Shown here piece by piece: positions 18,156 through 18,685 of a DNA stretch of 18,685 bases (its first letter is position 1; each line of letters starts with the position of its first letter). The notes beneath the pieces were generated by a model. The model was not told where the DNA came from and did not search any database. It saw only the letters and a list, made by a program, of their open reading frames with translations. Location of the stretch: NCBI RefSeq assembly GCF_006345805.1, contig NW_021824425.1, positions 1-18,685 on the forward strand, in the 5' to 3' direction. This DNA comes from Octopus sinensis. Lineage: Eukaryota. Both the position numbers and the translations under genes were made by a program.

Positions 18156-18685
18156 GAATACAGTTTCTCGTCTATAAGGGGAGGGGTGATGGCAGAAGTG
18201 GAGCGCCGACGCTGCGCACTGGGTGCTGCACCCAAAAGCCGCGTGGTGAAGCAAAGGCAAGCTTCATAACAAAAACGCAAACCACCACCCCAAACCCCAA
18301 CGCCCAACCGCCACTGCCCTGCACCCGAATGTACAGTTTGTACAATTTGTCGAGTTGCCACTCAGCGTCGGCACAGATGTGGGCGGCGGCGGGAGTACAA
18401 TGAAACTGCTTGGTGTCAAGGAAATGAGTACGGCCGCTAATTATAACCGTGCTGTTGGAGATGACAAGGACCGGGGGGGGGGTTTGTGCGGCGGGTGGCG
18501 GGGGAGGGCATTAGAAAAAAAATGTCGTGGGTATGTGACATGGGACTTCTAAGTTAAAGATCACGCAAGGTTTTGTAACTATTCAGATCAGCAGCCAAGG
18601 TGGTTTAGTACAAAGTAGGAGCGGTTGGAGGGTGAGAGGGAAGTTGAAAATCTCCGTACGATGGTTCGTTGTAAGCGGGTGATTG

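Overview
Eukaryotic, repeat-saturated, AT-rich intronic or intergenic DNA, most likely from an octopus (coleoid cephalopod). This is judged from tRNA-derived SINE families with an internal (TA)n(TG)n tract and very long microsatellites, recognised from memory and not by database search. No intact host gene can be supported. Nearly all ORFs in the supplied track are microsatellite translations. The only recognisable coding remnants are the C-terminus of a CR1/L2-group LINE ORF2 (14234-14732, -) and two mariner transposase C-termini (6029-6232 -, 6240-6375 +). The structure worth attention is in the mobile DNA. (1) A four-level nested insertion at 12.1-14.2 kb whose target-site duplications can all be read: SINE > SINE > solo-LTR-like > tandem Helitron dimer. 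(2) A LINE 3' UTR that shares its tail and a covarying stem-loop with the dominant SINE, making it a candidate LINE-SINE partner. (3) Three independent fold-back (inverted) structures. (4) Two diverged Penelope-like termini carrying hammerhead core motifs in permuted order. (5) A mosaic triplet-derived satellite, plus two weak micro-exon candidates. I found no convincing new biological system of the gene-cluster kind. SINE-A, B, C and D are my working labels.
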